A stretch of 64,000 nucleotides of DNA from Erysipelotrichaceae bacterium. Its GTDB lineage: Bacteria > Bacillota_I > Bacilli_A > RFN20 > CAG-826. Location of the stretch: NCBI GenBank assembly GCA_963588055.1, contig CAVAGB010000001.1, forward strand, positions 10,092-74,091. Direction: 5' to 3'. A program made the position numbers and the translations under genes. This document shows, piece after piece, positions 9,411 to 19,451 of the stretch. The notes below the pieces were generated by a model. That model worked only from the letters and a program-made list of their open reading frames with translations, made no database searches and was not told the DNA's origin. The stretch's first letter is position 1, and each line of letters begins with the position of its first letter.

Positions 9411-11624
9411 ATGAGAAAAACAATCAATATCAATCAAGGCTGGTACTTCTCCAAGAAAATCGCTTTCCCCCAAAAAGCGAATCCTGAGGATATGGAAGCG
9501 ATTTCCATCCCCCATACCTGGAACGCGATTGACGGCGCAGATGGGGGAGGGGACTATTACCGCGGCGAATGCCTCTACTACAAGAACCTAGGGAAGCTAG
9601 ACGCCGAAGGCAAAGAGATCTACCTCGAGTTCAACGGGGCGAATATGCGCCTGATGGCTTTCCTCAACAACCATCTGCTCGGCCATCACGAAGGCGGATA
9701 TTCGAGATTCCGCTTCAATCTAACTCCCTATATAAAGGAGGATGGGGACAATGTCCTTGTCTGCTACGTGGACAACTCTTTCTCAAGGGAAGTCTATCCT
9801 CAGCGCGCCGACTTCACTTTCTATGGCGGCATCTACCGCGATGTGAACCTCATCGAGGTGAGCCATGCCCATTTCGATTTGGATTACTTTGGCTCTAACG
9901 GCTTGAAAATAACCCCTAACGTCAACGGGGATGTGGCGGTTGAGGTCTACGCAAGCAACGCGGACAAACTCCCGGTCGAGGTGAAGATCCTTGATGAAGA
10001 AGGGAAAGAAGCCGCCTCGAAAAAGGCTTTGATTGAAGGGGGCCACGCCTCGCTTTCTCTTCACGTTGATAGCCCGGCTCTTTGGGATGGTTTGGACCGT
10101 GCCTATCTCTACAGAGCAATCGCCTCATTGCCGGAAGACGAGATCAGCGATTCCTTCGGCTTCCGCAGCTTCAGAGTCGATCCTGAGAAAGGCTTCTTCC
10201 TCAATGGCAAGCCCTATGATCTCATCGGGGTGAGCCGCCACCAGGATAGGGAAGGATATGGCTACGCCTTGAGCAAGGAGATGCACAAAGAGGACATGGA
10301 CCTCATCAAGGAGATGGGCGCGACCTCGATCAGGCTCGCCCATTACCAGCATGACCAATATATCTATGAGCTCGCGGATTGCTACGGCTTCGTCCTTTGG
10401 GCGGAGATCCCCTATATCAGCGAGCATATGGAGGAAGCAAAGGGAAACGCCGAAAGCCAGCTCCGCGAGTTGATCGTGCAGAACTACAACCACCCCTCCA
10501 TCTTCTTCTGGGGCCTTAGCAACGAGATCACCGTGACTAGCGGCTGCACCGAAGACATCCTCAAAACCCATGAGCATCTCAACGATCTCGCCCATTCCTT
10601 GGACGCGACCAGGCTCACCACGATGGCCCACCTTTTCATGCTGGATACTTCCTCTCCTCTGGTGAAACTCACCGACGTAAGGAGCTACAATCTCTATTTC
10701 GGCTGGTACACCGGGGAAAAGGAAGACAACGATAAATGGTTCGACAAGTTCCATAAGGAATACCCTGACCTGGCTATTGGACTAAGCGAGTTCGGCGCGG
10801 ACGCGAACCCAAAATACCAGTCGAAGAACCCCGAGAAAGGGGATTATTCGGAGACCTACCAGGCCCTTTACCATGAGCATATGCTCGCGATGAGGATGGA
10901 GCGTCCCTATATTTGGGCGATGCACGTCTGGAACATGTTCGACTTCGGCGCGGACAGCCGCGACGAGGGAGGCAAGAAAGGCCTGAACCAAAAAGGGCTG
11001 GTGACCTTCGACAGGAAGATTAAGAAAGACGCCTTCTACGTCTATAAGGCCTACCTTAGCAAAGACAAGTTCGTCCATCTCTGCGGGAAACGCTACGCCG
11101 AAAGAAGTGGGGAATCCACCCTCGTCAAAGTCTATTCGAACCTCGATGAGGTATCCCTTTACGTCAACGGGACGCTCTTCGAGGCGAGGAAAGGGAAGGC
11201 CGTCTTCTCCTTCGAGGTGCCTTTGAAAGACGATCTCCACATCAAGGCCGTCTCGGGGGATTTCTCCGATGATATGGTCATCAGGAAAGTCGCGGAGGAG
11301 AATAAGGATTACATGGCCGAAAGCAAGGCCGAGGCCGTCAATTGGTTCGATGCCTCCTCCGGGCTCGACGAGACCTGCTTCTCCATCAAAGACAAGGTCA
11401 AAGACATCAAAGCCCATCCCGTCGCCGGGCCGCTTTATGGCAAGATGATGCAGGAAGCCATGAAGAGGATGGGCGACGTCGCCAGAAACGTCGCCATCCC
11501 GAAGGAAGTCCAGGAGAGGATGGACAACATGACTTTGGAAGACAACCTCAAGATGGCTGGCCATCTCGTTAAACCTGAGATGATCAAAGCCCTTAACGAA
11601 ACATTGCAGAGGATCAAGAAGTGA
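9411..11624 (+). CDS. Glycoside hydrolase family 2 (beta-galactosidase/beta-glucuronidase-like)
   Basis: GH2 hallmarks are present: the sugar-binding N-domain, a TIM barrel with WGLSNEI (acid/base region) and GLSEFGAD (nucleophile region). The ATG at 9411 lies 5 nt after GGAGG. The track start GTG 9405 is also possible. Confidence 0.8.
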   Translation: MRKTININQGWYFSKKIAFPQKANPEDMEAISIPHTWNAIDGADGGGDYYRGECLYYKNLGKLDAEGKEIYLEFNGANMRLMAFLNNHLLGHHEGGYSRFRFNLTPYIKEDGDNVLVCYVDNSFSREVYPQRADFTFYGGIYRDVNLIEVSHAHFDLDYFGSNGLKITPNVNGDVAVEVYASNADKLPVEVKILDEEGKEAASKKALIEGGHASLSLHVDSPALWDGLDRAYLYRAIASLPEDEISDSFGFRSFRVDPEKGFFLNGKPYDLIGVSRHQDREGYGYALSKEMHKEDMDLIKEMGATSIRLAHYQHDQYIYELADCYGFVLWAEIPYISEHMEEAKGNAESQLRELIVQNYNHPSIFFWGLSNEITVTSGCTEDILKTHEHLNDLAHSLDATRLTTMAHLFMLDTSSPLVKLTDVRSYNLYFGWYTGEKEDNDKWFDKFHKEYPDLAIGLSEFGADANPKYQSKNPEKGDYSETYQALYHEHMLAMRMERPYIWAMHVWNMFDFGADSRDEGGKKGLNQKGLVTFDRKIKKDAFYVYKAYLSKDKFVHLCGKRYAERSGESTLVKVYSNLDEVSLYVNGTLFEARKGKAVFSFEVPLKDDLHIKAVSGDFSDDMVIRKVAEENKDYMAESKAEAVNWFDASSGLDETCFSIKDKVKDIKAHPVAGPLYGKMMQEAMKRMGDVARNVAIPKEVQERMDNMTLEDNLKMAGHLVKPEMIKALNETLQRIKK

Positions 11625-11625
11625 T

Positions 11626-12471
11626 ATGAAAACAGCGGTGCAGCAAATGATGATCGGCCCTCTATGCAAAGGCTATGAGGGCACCCTTTCCCTGCTCAAA
11701 AAGCTGAAAGAGCTGGGTTTTGCGGGGATTGAGCTCAATTCCTACATGATCCACAAGACGCCTTTCCTCGTGAGGGCGCTGACGAAGATGGCCGGCATGC
11801 CTAGCGGCAACGCGGGGAAGCTCGACTGGCATAAGCTCATCGAGGAGTCGGGCTTGGAAGTCGCTAGCCTCCATACCGATCTGGGCTCATTGGAGAGGGA
11901 ATGCGAGTTGGTCTGCGAGGAAGCGAAGTCCTTCCATACGAAGTATCTAGTCATCACGGGCATGTACCGTTTTGACTATTCTTCTCCTGCTGAACTAGAA
12001 AAGCTGGTCGCTAGGCTCAATGCGGCCGGGGAGAAAGTCGCCTCCTCTGGGCTCGCTCTCCTTTACCATAACCACAACGTCGAGTTCAAACGCCTCCCCA
12101 CGGGCGAGCTCGTCTACGACTATCTCGTCGAGCACCTTGATGAGCGCTACGTCAACTTCGAGCTAGACACCTATTGGGCGAGCGAAGCCGGGGCGAATAT
12201 CTATTCCCTCTCCGAGAGGCTAGGCAAAAGGATGAGGCTCCATCATATCAATGACCGCGGCTTCAAGGACAATGGGCCCTATATGACCCCCATCATGAAA
12301 AGCGATTCGATGGAGCTTGGCACCGGGGCGCTCGATCTGCCTTCCTTGCTAGAGAGCGACAAGGAGAACGGGGTCGACTACGTGGTGCTGGAGACCCACA
12401 AGAACTTCATCGACAAGTCGCGCCTGAAATCCATAGAGATCAGCGCCGATTACCTGAGGAAGAACGCCTAA
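11626..12471 (+). CDS. Sugar phosphate isomerase/epimerase (xylose-isomerase-like TIM barrel)
   Basis: The size (281 aa) and motifs (GFAGIELN..., LLYHNHNVEF, ELDTYW, VVLETH) fit the AP_endonuc_2/xylose isomerase-like family. Confidence 0.65.
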   Translation: MKTAVQQMMIGPLCKGYEGTLSLLKKLKELGFAGIELNSYMIHKTPFLVRALTKMAGMPSGNAGKLDWHKLIEESGLEVASLHTDLGSLERECELVCEEAKSFHTKYLVITGMYRFDYSSPAELEKLVARLNAAGEKVASSGLALLYHNHNVEFKRLPTGELVYDYLVEHLDERYVNFELDTYWASEAGANIYSLSERLGKRMRLHHINDRGFKDNGPYMTPIMKSDSMELGTGALDLPSLLESDKENGVDYVVLETHKNFIDKSRLKSIEISADYLRKNA

Positions 12472-14675
12472 TGGAAGCGAACGAACTGAAAAACCATCTC
12501 ATATGCCTGAAGAAGGATTACGTCGAAGGCGAGGTCTATAAGCTCAAGGAGAGCATCCTCCTCCGCGGCAAAGCCAAAACGGCGAGGCTTTTCATCACCG
12601 GCTTCGGGCTTTATGACGTCCTTCTGAATTCAGAAAAAGTGGGGGAGCAGCTCTTCAAGCCTGGCTTCACCGACTACAACAGAAGGGTCCTTTTCCAAGA
12701 ATATGACGTGACCTCTTTGCTGAGCGAAGAGAACCTCCTGGAGGTCTATGTGGGGCAAGGCTGGCACTGCGGCCGGTTCTTCTGCGAGAACACCACCCAG
12801 AACTTCGGCAAGCTCCCTAGCCTTTCATATTGCCTCGAGGTCGAATACGAGGATGGGAGCAAGGAGAGCTTCTTCTCCCATGAAGGGCAGATGGCCTCCG
12901 TCAGCGAATACGACTACGCGGGCTTCTACGATGGCGAGTCCATCGACTTCTCGAAGCCCGATTTAGGGGCTTTCTGCGGGGAAATGAAGCGGATCGAGTT
13001 CCCGGAAGGCGTCGAAATCGAGAAGACTTTGACCGAGGTGAGACTCCAGGAAGAGATGGGCGCGAAATCCGTAACCAAACTCGGGGATAAGACGATCGTC
13101 GACTTCGGGCAGAATTTCGCCGGGGTGATTTCGATCAACTCCGATTTGCTTCAGAAAGGCCAGCAGATCCTCATCAGGCACGGCGAGATCTTAAGCAAAG
13201 ACGGCTCCTTATATACGGCCAACCTCAGGAAGGCCAAGGCGACCCTCACCTATAAGAAAGGCGAGGAGAAGGGGTGGTACACCCCTCGCTTCACCTACAT
13301 GGGCTTCCGTTACGTCGAGCTGAGCGGGATCGAGTACTCCCCCGATCTCCTCAAGGCGCATGCCATCCACACCGAGATGAAGCGCCTAGGCGAGTTCCAT
13401 TGCGATAACCCCCTCGTCAATCAGCTCTATTCGAACCTCAACTGGAGCCAAAGGAGCAACTACGTCGAAGTCCCCACCGACTGCCCCCAGCGCGATGAGA
13501 GGATGGGCTACACGGGGGATGGCCACGTCTTCGCCCTCACCGGTTCCTACAACTACGACACCTTGGATTTCTGGAGGAACTTCTTCCGGGATCTCTATCT
13601 CCAGCAGCTGGACAACCCAGACGGCAACGTCTCGCCTTACCTCCCCCACCCTAATCCCCGCCCCGTCGGCTTCATCGCCATGCAAGGCTGGGGAAGCGCG
13701 GTGAGCATCATCCCCGAGGAGCTTTACCTCCAATACGGAGCGCTGGATTTCTTCAAGGAGCAATACGAGCCGATCAAAAAATACGTCGACCTAGAGATAG
13801 AGAAGGCCGGGAAGAAGAGGCTTTGGAAAGCCATCTCCCTCGGCGATTGGCTCTCCCCCAGGAAAGGCATCGCCTGGCAGGCCATGAACAACCAGCCCGC
13901 CTCCAATTCCTTCTTCGTCAACGACCTTCGCATCTTCGTCGAACTGCTGGGGCTGCTTGGGAAAAAGGAGGAGCAGAAGTCTTATGAGGCCATCCTCGAA
14001 GAGGTCAAGGAGGCCTACATCAAAGCCTTCGTGAATCAAAGAACGGGCAAAGTCAAAAAGGACTACCAAGGCAATTACGTCCTCATCCTCAAGCACGTCC
14101 TCACCGAGGACACCCCTTTGAGGAGGCTCGTCCAAAGGAGATTCGTCGAGAACGTGAGGAAGAACGGTTTGGACACCGGCTTCTTCGCCACCGAGCACCT
14201 TCTTCCGATGCTAATCGAAGCGGGCGAGCCTAAGCTAGCCTACGACGTCTTGCTCAACGAGACCTGCCCTGGCTGGATGTACCAGATCAAGAAAGGCGCC
14301 ACCAGCATTTGGGAGAGATGGGATTCCCTCCAAGAGAACGGCGAGGTCAACGAAAGCAAGAACAACGGGGACAACATGGTCTCCTTCAACCATTATTCCT
14401 TCGGAGCGGTGGGGGAGTTCTATTATCAGTACATCCTCGGCATCAAGCCCCTTGAGCCTGGCTACAAGAGGATCAAGATCGCCCCTTATCCGGACGCTCG
14501 CTTAGGCGAGGTGAAGGGGAGTTACCTCTCTTCCGCCGGTCTCATCAAAGTCGCCTATTCTTACATTGGAAGTAAAACGAATTTCAGGATTGAGGTCCCT
14601 TCTCCTTCGCTCATCCTCCTCCCTAACGGGGAGAGGCACGAGGTGGAGGCGGGGACCTACGAATACTCGATCTGA
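12471..14675 (+). CDS. Alpha-L-rhamnosidase (GH78)
   Basis: VPTDCPQRDERMGYTGDG, and later WMYQIKKGATSIWERWDS, match conserved GH78 six-hairpin catalytic-domain motifs. There is a TAATG overlap with the upstream gene. Confidence 0.8.
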   Translation: MEANELKNHLICLKKDYVEGEVYKLKESILLRGKAKTARLFITGFGLYDVLLNSEKVGEQLFKPGFTDYNRRVLFQEYDVTSLLSEENLLEVYVGQGWHCGRFFCENTTQNFGKLPSLSYCLEVEYEDGSKESFFSHEGQMASVSEYDYAGFYDGESIDFSKPDLGAFCGEMKRIEFPEGVEIEKTLTEVRLQEEMGAKSVTKLGDKTIVDFGQNFAGVISINSDLLQKGQQILIRHGEILSKDGSLYTANLRKAKATLTYKKGEEKGWYTPRFTYMGFRYVELSGIEYSPDLLKAHAIHTEMKRLGEFHCDNPLVNQLYSNLNWSQRSNYVEVPTDCPQRDERMGYTGDGHVFALTGSYNYDTLDFWRNFFRDLYLQQLDNPDGNVSPYLPHPNPRPVGFIAMQGWGSAVSIIPEELYLQYGALDFFKEQYEPIKKYVDLEIEKAGKKRLWKAISLGDWLSPRKGIAWQAMNNQPASNSFFVNDLRIFVELLGLLGKKEEQKSYEAILEEVKEAYIKAFVNQRTGKVKKDYQGNYVLILKHVLTEDTPLRRLVQRRFVENVRKNGLDTGFFATEHLLPMLIEAGEPKLAYDVLLNETCPGWMYQIKKGATSIWERWDSLQENGEVNESKNNGDNMVSFNHYSFGAVGEFYYQYILGIKPLEPGYKRIKIAPYPDARLGEVKGSYLSSAGLIKVAYSYIGSKTNFRIEVPSPSLILLPNGERHEVEAGTYEYSI

Positions 14676-14684
14676 GGAGGAAAC

Positions 14685-16481
14685 ATGGGAAAATACTTCT
14701 GCAACCCGCTGAACGTCCCTTACAAATACCAGTTCAACAAGGACCCCAGGAGAAGCAAGATGGCCATCTGCCGCGAGGCGGCCGACCCGACCATCGTCCT
14801 CTTCAAGGGGAAATACTACATCTTCGCGAGCATGTCATTAGGCGTCTACGTCTCAGATGACCTCGCGAATTGGGAATACAAGAAACTGCCGCTCAATTTG
14901 CCCCTTTACGACTACGCCCCAGACGTCAGGGTCAGGGGCGACTACGCCTATTTCTGCGCCTCTAGCAGGGACCACGATTGCTACCGTTTCAAGACCAAAG
15001 ACATCGTCAACGGCCCTTACGAAAGGATCGAAGGCAAATCGCGCTACTGGGATCCGAACCTCTTCTTCGACGACGACGGAAAGACCTATTTCTACTGCGG
15101 CTGCACCAACGTCGACCCCATATGGGGGGTGGAGCTGGATTCGGCTACCTTCGAGGCGAAAGGAGAGAGGAAAGGCCTCATCTACGGCGATCCTTACGCG
15201 AAGGGATTCGAGAGGTTGGGCCAGGACAATTCGGTCTACCCAGCCTCGGAAGAGACGATCGAAGCCAAGTACAAAGCCTTCACGAAAAAGAGCAAGGTGC
15301 CCGCTTTCCTCATCCCCAAGAAGTATCGCGTCCTCATCAGGGGGATGTTCAAGGACACCCCTTATATCGAAGGCGCCTGGATGGACAAATTCAACGGGAG
15401 ATACTATCTCCAATACGCGACCCCGGGGACGCAGTACAACACCTACTGCGACGCGGTCTACGTGAGCGATTCCCCTTTGGGAGAGTTCACCCTTCAGGAG
15501 TGCAATCCCTTCTCCTACAAGCCAGGCGGCTTCATAAACGGGGCGGGGCACGGGTCGAACCTGACCGATCTAGAAGGGTCTTTGTGGCACGTCTCCTCGA
15601 TGTCGATCTCCGTGATCCACGACTTCGAGAGGCGCATCGGCCTCTTCAAGGCGGGATTGGACGAGGATGGTCAGCTATTCTGCAACCAGAACTTCGCCGA
15701 TTATCCTTATGAGGTCGACGATCTGAGGAAGGACCCCTGGAGCCTCCCGAAATGGAGTCTCCTCTCCTACAAGAAGAAAGCCAAAGCCAGCTCGTTCGAT
15801 GGGAACCGCGTCCCGGAGAACGCCTTCGATGAGAACATTAAGACCATCTGGCAGGCCAAGGGGAACCAAGGCGAATGGATCGAGGTGGACCTAGGCAAGG
15901 AGCTGGACGTCAGGGCCATCCAAGTCAACTTCGGGGACGGCCTCATCGAGATGGATCCCCCGGGCAAGATAAGAGGCACCACCCAGGCGAGGTACATCGA
16001 GGAACGCGATCTCTATACCCGTTATATCCTCGAAGGTTCGCTGGATGGGGAAACCTACTTCCTCATCGAAGACAAAAGCGAAGCGCAAACCGACCTCACC
16101 CACGACCTCATCGTGAGGGAAGAGGGCGTCAAAGCGCGTTACGTCAAACTCAAAATCGTCGAGGTGCCCTATGGGCAGAACCCCGCGATCTCTGGGCTAA
16201 GGGTCTTCGGCAAAGACGGCTCGATCGCCTTGCCGAAAATCCCAAGGTTCAGCGTGAAGAGGCTATCCGACATCGACGTCGAAGTCGAAATCGAGCCTCA
16301 AGAGAACACGACTGGCTTCAACGTCCTTTTCGGGACGAAACCCGAGAAGCTATACCATTCTTATATGGCCTTCGGGAACAAGGCGCGCATCGGCGCCTTG
16401 CTGAAGGGAAAGGAATACTATTTCCGAGTGGACTCGTTCAACGAGAGAGGAATCAATAAAGGAGAGACCAAACATGAGTAA
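14685..16481 (+). CDS. GH43-like beta-propeller glycosidase with a C-terminal discoidin (F5/8 type C/CBM32-like) domain and an Fn3-like domain
   Basis: The N-terminal REAADPTIVLFKGKYYIFAS and the later propeller-type repeats resemble GH43-clan enzymes. The C-terminal segment WQAKGNQGEWIEVDLGKELDVRAIQVNF...YVKLKIVE is discoidin-like. Confidence 0.55.
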   Translation: MGKYFCNPLNVPYKYQFNKDPRRSKMAICREAADPTIVLFKGKYYIFASMSLGVYVSDDLANWEYKKLPLNLPLYDYAPDVRVRGDYAYFCASSRDHDCYRFKTKDIVNGPYERIEGKSRYWDPNLFFDDDGKTYFYCGCTNVDPIWGVELDSATFEAKGERKGLIYGDPYAKGFERLGQDNSVYPASEETIEAKYKAFTKKSKVPAFLIPKKYRVLIRGMFKDTPYIEGAWMDKFNGRYYLQYATPGTQYNTYCDAVYVSDSPLGEFTLQECNPFSYKPGGFINGAGHGSNLTDLEGSLWHVSSMSISVIHDFERRIGLFKAGLDEDGQLFCNQNFADYPYEVDDLRKDPWSLPKWSLLSYKKKAKASSFDGNRVPENAFDENIKTIWQAKGNQGEWIEVDLGKELDVRAIQVNFGDGLIEMDPPGKIRGTTQARYIEERDLYTRYILEGSLDGETYFLIEDKSEAQTDLTHDLIVREEGVKARYVKLKIVEVPYGQNPAISGLRVFGKDGSIALPKIPRFSVKRLSDIDVEVEIEPQENTTGFNVLFGTKPEKLYHSYMAFGNKARIGALLKGKEYYFRVDSFNERGINKGETKHE

Positions 16482-17757
16482 ATTTCTGATCGGCAGCTCG
16501 ACCGCCCCCCATCAGGTCGAGGGCAACAACGTCCATAGCGATTATTGGGCGCTGGAGAACATGACCTACACGGATTTCTGCGAGAAATCGCTGGACGCCG
16601 TGAACCATTACGCTCTTTACAAAGAGGACATCAAGATGATGAAAGAGGCAGGGCTTAACGCCTACCGCTTCGGCATCGAATGGGCGCGCATCGAGCCCAA
16701 AAAAGGCGAATTCGACGAGAAGGAGATCGCCCATTACAAAGACGTCCTGGAGGAATGCTTGAAGAACGGGATAGAGCCCGTGGTGACCCTCATGCATTTC
16801 ACCAGCCCCAAATGGCTCATCGACGAGGGCGGCTGGGAGAATCCCCAAGTGGTTTTCTACTTCAAGCGCTACGTAAAGAAAGTCGTCTCCGCGCTAGGGA
16901 AATACATGAGCTACGTCTGCACGATCAACGAGGCCAACATGGGCGTTCAAGTCTCTAGGCTTGAGGAACGCTACAAAAAGCAGTTCATGGCCGCCAAGAG
17001 CAGCAAGAGCCAAGAGGGCAGCGTCCAGATCGGCATGAACTTCGACAAGATCATGGCCAACATGCAGAAGAAGGCAATGGAAAGCGCCCAGATATTCGGC
17101 ACGCCGAAGCCAGAGACCTTCGTCTCCGCCCGCACCACCGAGGGGGATCTCCTCGTCTGCAAAGCCCATTTGGCCGCCAGAGAAGCCATCAAGAAGCTCT
17201 ATCCGAACATCAAAGTCGGAATCACCCTCTCCCTGCACGACATCCAATCCGTTTCAGGAGGTGAGGCGAACGCGAAGAAGGAATGGGACGATGAGCTCGA
17301 ACACTACATCCCTTTCATCGAGGGCGACGATTTCTTCGGGCTGCAGAACTACTCGCGCTCGCTCTTCGGGGAAGAGGGACTATTGCCCAACCCCGCGGGG
17401 GCGAAGCTCACTCAAATGGGCTATGAGAATTACCCGGAGGCACTAGGCCACGTCATAACCAGGGTCTACGACGAACTGCATAAGCCGATTCTCGTCACCG
17501 AGAACGGCATCGCGACCGCCAATGACGAGGAGAGGTGCGAGTTCATTAAGAAGGCTCTTTCCGGGCTCGAAGAGGCCCAAGGCAAAGGCGCTGAGGTCTT
17601 AGGTTATCTCCATTGGTCATTCTGCGACAACTTCGAATGGCAGAAGGGGTTCTCGATGCAATTCGGCCTCGTCTCCGTGGATAGGAAAGACAACTTCAAG
17701 CGGACCAAAAAGCCTAGTTTGGATTTGCTTGGGAGCTATGCGAAGCAGTTCAACTGA
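16474..17757 (+). CDS. GH1 beta-glucosidase/6-phospho-beta-glycosidase family
   Basis: APHQVEGN, YRFGIEWARIEP, TINEAN (acid/base) and LVTENGIA (nucleophile) are GH1 signatures. It overlaps the upstream gene by 8 nt. Confidence 0.85.
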   Translation: MSKFLIGSSTAPHQVEGNNVHSDYWALENMTYTDFCEKSLDAVNHYALYKEDIKMMKEAGLNAYRFGIEWARIEPKKGEFDEKEIAHYKDVLEECLKNGIEPVVTLMHFTSPKWLIDEGGWENPQVVFYFKRYVKKVVSALGKYMSYVCTINEANMGVQVSRLEERYKKQFMAAKSSKSQEGSVQIGMNFDKIMANMQKKAMESAQIFGTPKPETFVSARTTEGDLLVCKAHLAAREAIKKLYPNIKVGITLSLHDIQSVSGGEANAKKEWDDELEHYIPFIEGDDFFGLQNYSRSLFGEEGLLPNPAGAKLTQMGYENYPEALGHVITRVYDELHKPILVTENGIATANDEERCEFIKKALSGLEEAQGKGAEVLGYLHWSFCDNFEWQKGFSMQFGLVSVDRKDNFKRTKKPSLDLLGSYAKQFN

Positions 17758-17786
17758 GATGAGGACCTCCTCTCTAAACTAAAGAT

Positions 17787-17830
17787 AACCCTGCAAAAAG
17801 CCGATATCCTTAGCTTCTGCAGGGTTTTTA
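17787..17830 (+). terminator. Terminator of the glycosidase operon
   Basis: AACCCTGCA ... TGCAGGGTT is a 9-bp stem with a roughly 22-nt loop, followed by TTTTT. Confidence 0.5.
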
Positions 17831-17917
17831 GTTGGGCTTCTTTGTGCATGTTTGTGCATATTCAATAATTTTGTGTATGTTTGTGTATGTTTGGCTGTTT
17901 GAAGATAAGATTGCGCG

Positions 17918-19069
17918 ATGGCCGAGCTCACGGGCGAACTTGGATTCCTCTTTTTGTTTCTATGGAACGCGTTAAGGTCTAAAATCCCCGCGAACATGAA
18001 AAAAAGCAAAGCCTTGAATCTCACTTCCGAACGCAGGATCGAACTGCTCGGCCATTACTTCCAAATCGACCAGGAGAAGCGTTTGGTATACGTCAAACTT
18101 CGCTACGAGAAAGCCTCCGACATGCTTGAGGACAGCTTCGGCGAAGAAGGATGCGGGATGTTCAAGAACTCCGTTCTAGAGAGTATGGCCCAAATTTACG
18201 GCAACATACCGGTGGAATACCGCGCGGAGATTGAACTTTACGTGGGGGATTACGAGGGATACGATCCCAAGGTGATCCTTACCCGCTTCAACGAGGCGCT
18301 TGAGCTCAACAACTACCAAAGCCAAAGGGACAAGAAGAGGAGGTGGCTCCGCGCTTCTTTGCTCGTTCTCGCCGGCGTGGCCATCCTGGCCCTTATGGGC
18401 ATCGGGGTCTCCCAGCATTGGTTTGGATCGGAAGGAAGCGAGAAATCCTCCATCCTCACCGAGATCTTGGACATCGCCGGATGGGTCTTCATTTGGGAAG
18501 CCGTGACCGTGTGCTTCCTGCAGCCTAGCGCCTATGGCGTCTTGGGCGTGAAGATCCTCTCCAGGACGAGCGGCATCCGCCTCTACAAGAAAGGCGAAAG
18601 CGAGATCCTCGCCGAGGAAAACGGCGCGGCGATCGTCGCCAAATGGGAGGAGGAAGGCAAGCTGGAGAAAAGCGGCAAGCTTTCGTTGCTCTTATCTTCG
18701 TCCGCGTTCCTCGCGATGGGCTTCGCCTCTTTCTTCACGACCCTTTTCTCCTTGGGGGGCTATTCCGCGAGCGACTGGGAGTTCTGGATGATGCTCATCG
18801 GCGTCCTCATCGTCCTCACTTTGGACATATTGGGCGGCATCGGAGGGCTCTCTCGCTACCTTGGAAGAGGCCCTTTGAAGAACTTCGTCTTCGTGCTGGC
18901 CGCCTTCAACATCATCCAGCTCATCGTCACGATCGTCGGCTCCATCCAGTACCAGACCTGGCATTTCACCTTCTCCGCCATCGCGACCTTCATCCTGCAG
19001 ATCGGCTACGTCTATGGGGTGGTGATCGACATTCTGAAGAGCAAGAAGCCGCTTAAGGAATCGAAATAG
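17918..19069 (+). CDS. Hypothetical multi-pass membrane protein
   Basis: The ORF uses backbone-like GC3 codon usage and has about 6 hydrophobic segments. No family was recognised. The start is uncertain (ATG 17918 or ATG 17996, MKKSKALN), and neither has a clear SD. Confidence 0.5.
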   Translation: MAELTGELGFLFLFLWNALRSKIPANMKKSKALNLTSERRIELLGHYFQIDQEKRLVYVKLRYEKASDMLEDSFGEEGCGMFKNSVLESMAQIYGNIPVEYRAEIELYVGDYEGYDPKVILTRFNEALELNNYQSQRDKKRRWLRASLLVLAGVAILALMGIGVSQHWFGSEGSEKSSILTEILDIAGWVFIWEAVTVCFLQPSAYGVLGVKILSRTSGIRLYKKGESEILAEENGAAIVAKWEEEGKLEKSGKLSLLLSSSAFLAMGFASFFTTLFSLGGYSASDWEFWMMLIGVLIVLTLDILGGIGGLSRYLGRGPLKNFVFVLAAFNIIQLIVTIVGSIQYQTWHFTFSAIATFILQIGYVYGVVIDILKSKKPLKESK

Positions 19070-19161
19070 GCGGCTTTTGCGTTCTTTTTGATTGATTCGT
19101 CCAACCAAGAGGAAACCGATTCTTGCAACTTGTCCCACGCGCGAGCAAAATAGGACGCGCT

Positions 19162-19239
19162 CGGGACGTAGCGTAGCTTGGTTATCGCGTCTGCTTTGGG
19201 AGCAGAAGACCACCGGTTCGAATCCGGTCGTCCCGACCA
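19162..19239 (+). tRNA. tRNA-Pro (TGG)
   Basis: Acceptor CGGGACG/CGTCCCG; anticodon arm TCTGC-TTTGGGA-GCAGA; T arm ACCGG-TTCGAAT-CCGGT; encoded CCA. Confidence 0.9.
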
Positions 19240-19250
19240 TTTGGAACGAT

Positions 19251-19275
19251 CCCAGCCTCCCTTGGCTGGGTTTTT
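19251..19275 (+). terminator. Rho-independent terminator after tRNA-Pro
   Basis: CCCAGCC-TCCCTT-GGCTGGG followed by TTTTT. Confidence 0.75.
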
Positions 19276-19451
19276 ATTGCAAAGAAGCAGCGGATGAACT
19301 TGCGATTCTCCGCTCGGCTCGCGTGATGCCAGAACGCTTTGAGACGCGAGCCTTCGGAGAATGCCGACGCTTAAACGCTCACTAAAACGATGAGAAGTTT
19401 TTACGGTCGTTTCCTTTCGGTTGGCTTTCCTCGCTTCCGCTTTAAATTGGG

